This document shows, piece by piece, positions 63,723-64,000 of a DNA stretch of 64,000 bases. Location of the stretch: assembly GCF_964355755.1 (NCBI RefSeq), contig NC_092675.1, forward strand, positions 124,001 through 188,000. Direction: 5' to 3'. The stretch comes from Antedon mediterranea. Lineage: Eukaryota > Animalia > Echinodermata. The notes under the pieces are model-generated. The model searched no databases. It was not told the DNA's origin and was given only the letters and a program-made list of their open reading frames with translations. The translations under genes were made by a program, and so were the position numbers. How positions within the stretch are numbered: position 1 is the first letter of the stretch; each line of letters begins with the position of its first letter.

Positions 63723-64000
63723 CTGTTGAAGAAAAAATAATAATCAGCGGTTTATTTCAGTGCTACAGCAGCAAACAGTGTCAGCTCTCCCTCCCAAAGG
63801 AGTATACGATAGGGCAGCCGACCATCCTGTAAATCCTATTTTAGACAATGCCTGTAGGCTGTAGCTAGTTCGTCAAATAGATGCATACCAGCTTAGCTAG
63901 GGCCAGGCTGAAACAAAAATTACATAGGCCTATTCCATCACTGATCATCAGGTTAGGAATAAATAATTAATAATTATAATAATAGTTCGGTAGGCCAGAT

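Overview
AT-rich, intron-containing animal genomic DNA; the gene families and repeats suggest a marine invertebrate, possibly an echinoderm. Six genes can be spliced by hand. (1) The 3' part of a HYR-repeat membrane receptor with a Tyr-motif (ITAM-like) tail. (2) A ~36.7 kb receptor protein tyrosine phosphatase (RPTP) with 12 EGF exons, a TM segment and tandem D1/D2 PTP domains. (3) GILT/IFI30 (-). (4) MRPL55 (-). (5) Cystinosin CTNS (+). (6) The 3' part of SPATA6 (-). The 16 kb second intron of the RPTP holds a dense cluster of Penelope-like retroelements (PLEs; RT + GIY-YIG) from at least five families, inserted into (TA)n tracts. Several are long head-to-head palindromes carrying hammerhead ribozymes (HHRs). 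The most notable signal is a ~310 bp non-coding element in the same cluster. It has PLE-type terminal architecture but a complete tRNA cloverleaf where the PLEs have their HHR, and one inverted fragment ends exactly at the tRNA 3' processing site. This suggests a PLE-mobilised element that uses host tRNA processing instead of a ribozyme (inference). Also present: non-autonomous Helitrons, a CR1/L2-type LINE, MITEs, a SINE and minisatellites. All coordinates were read by eye, with no database searches.
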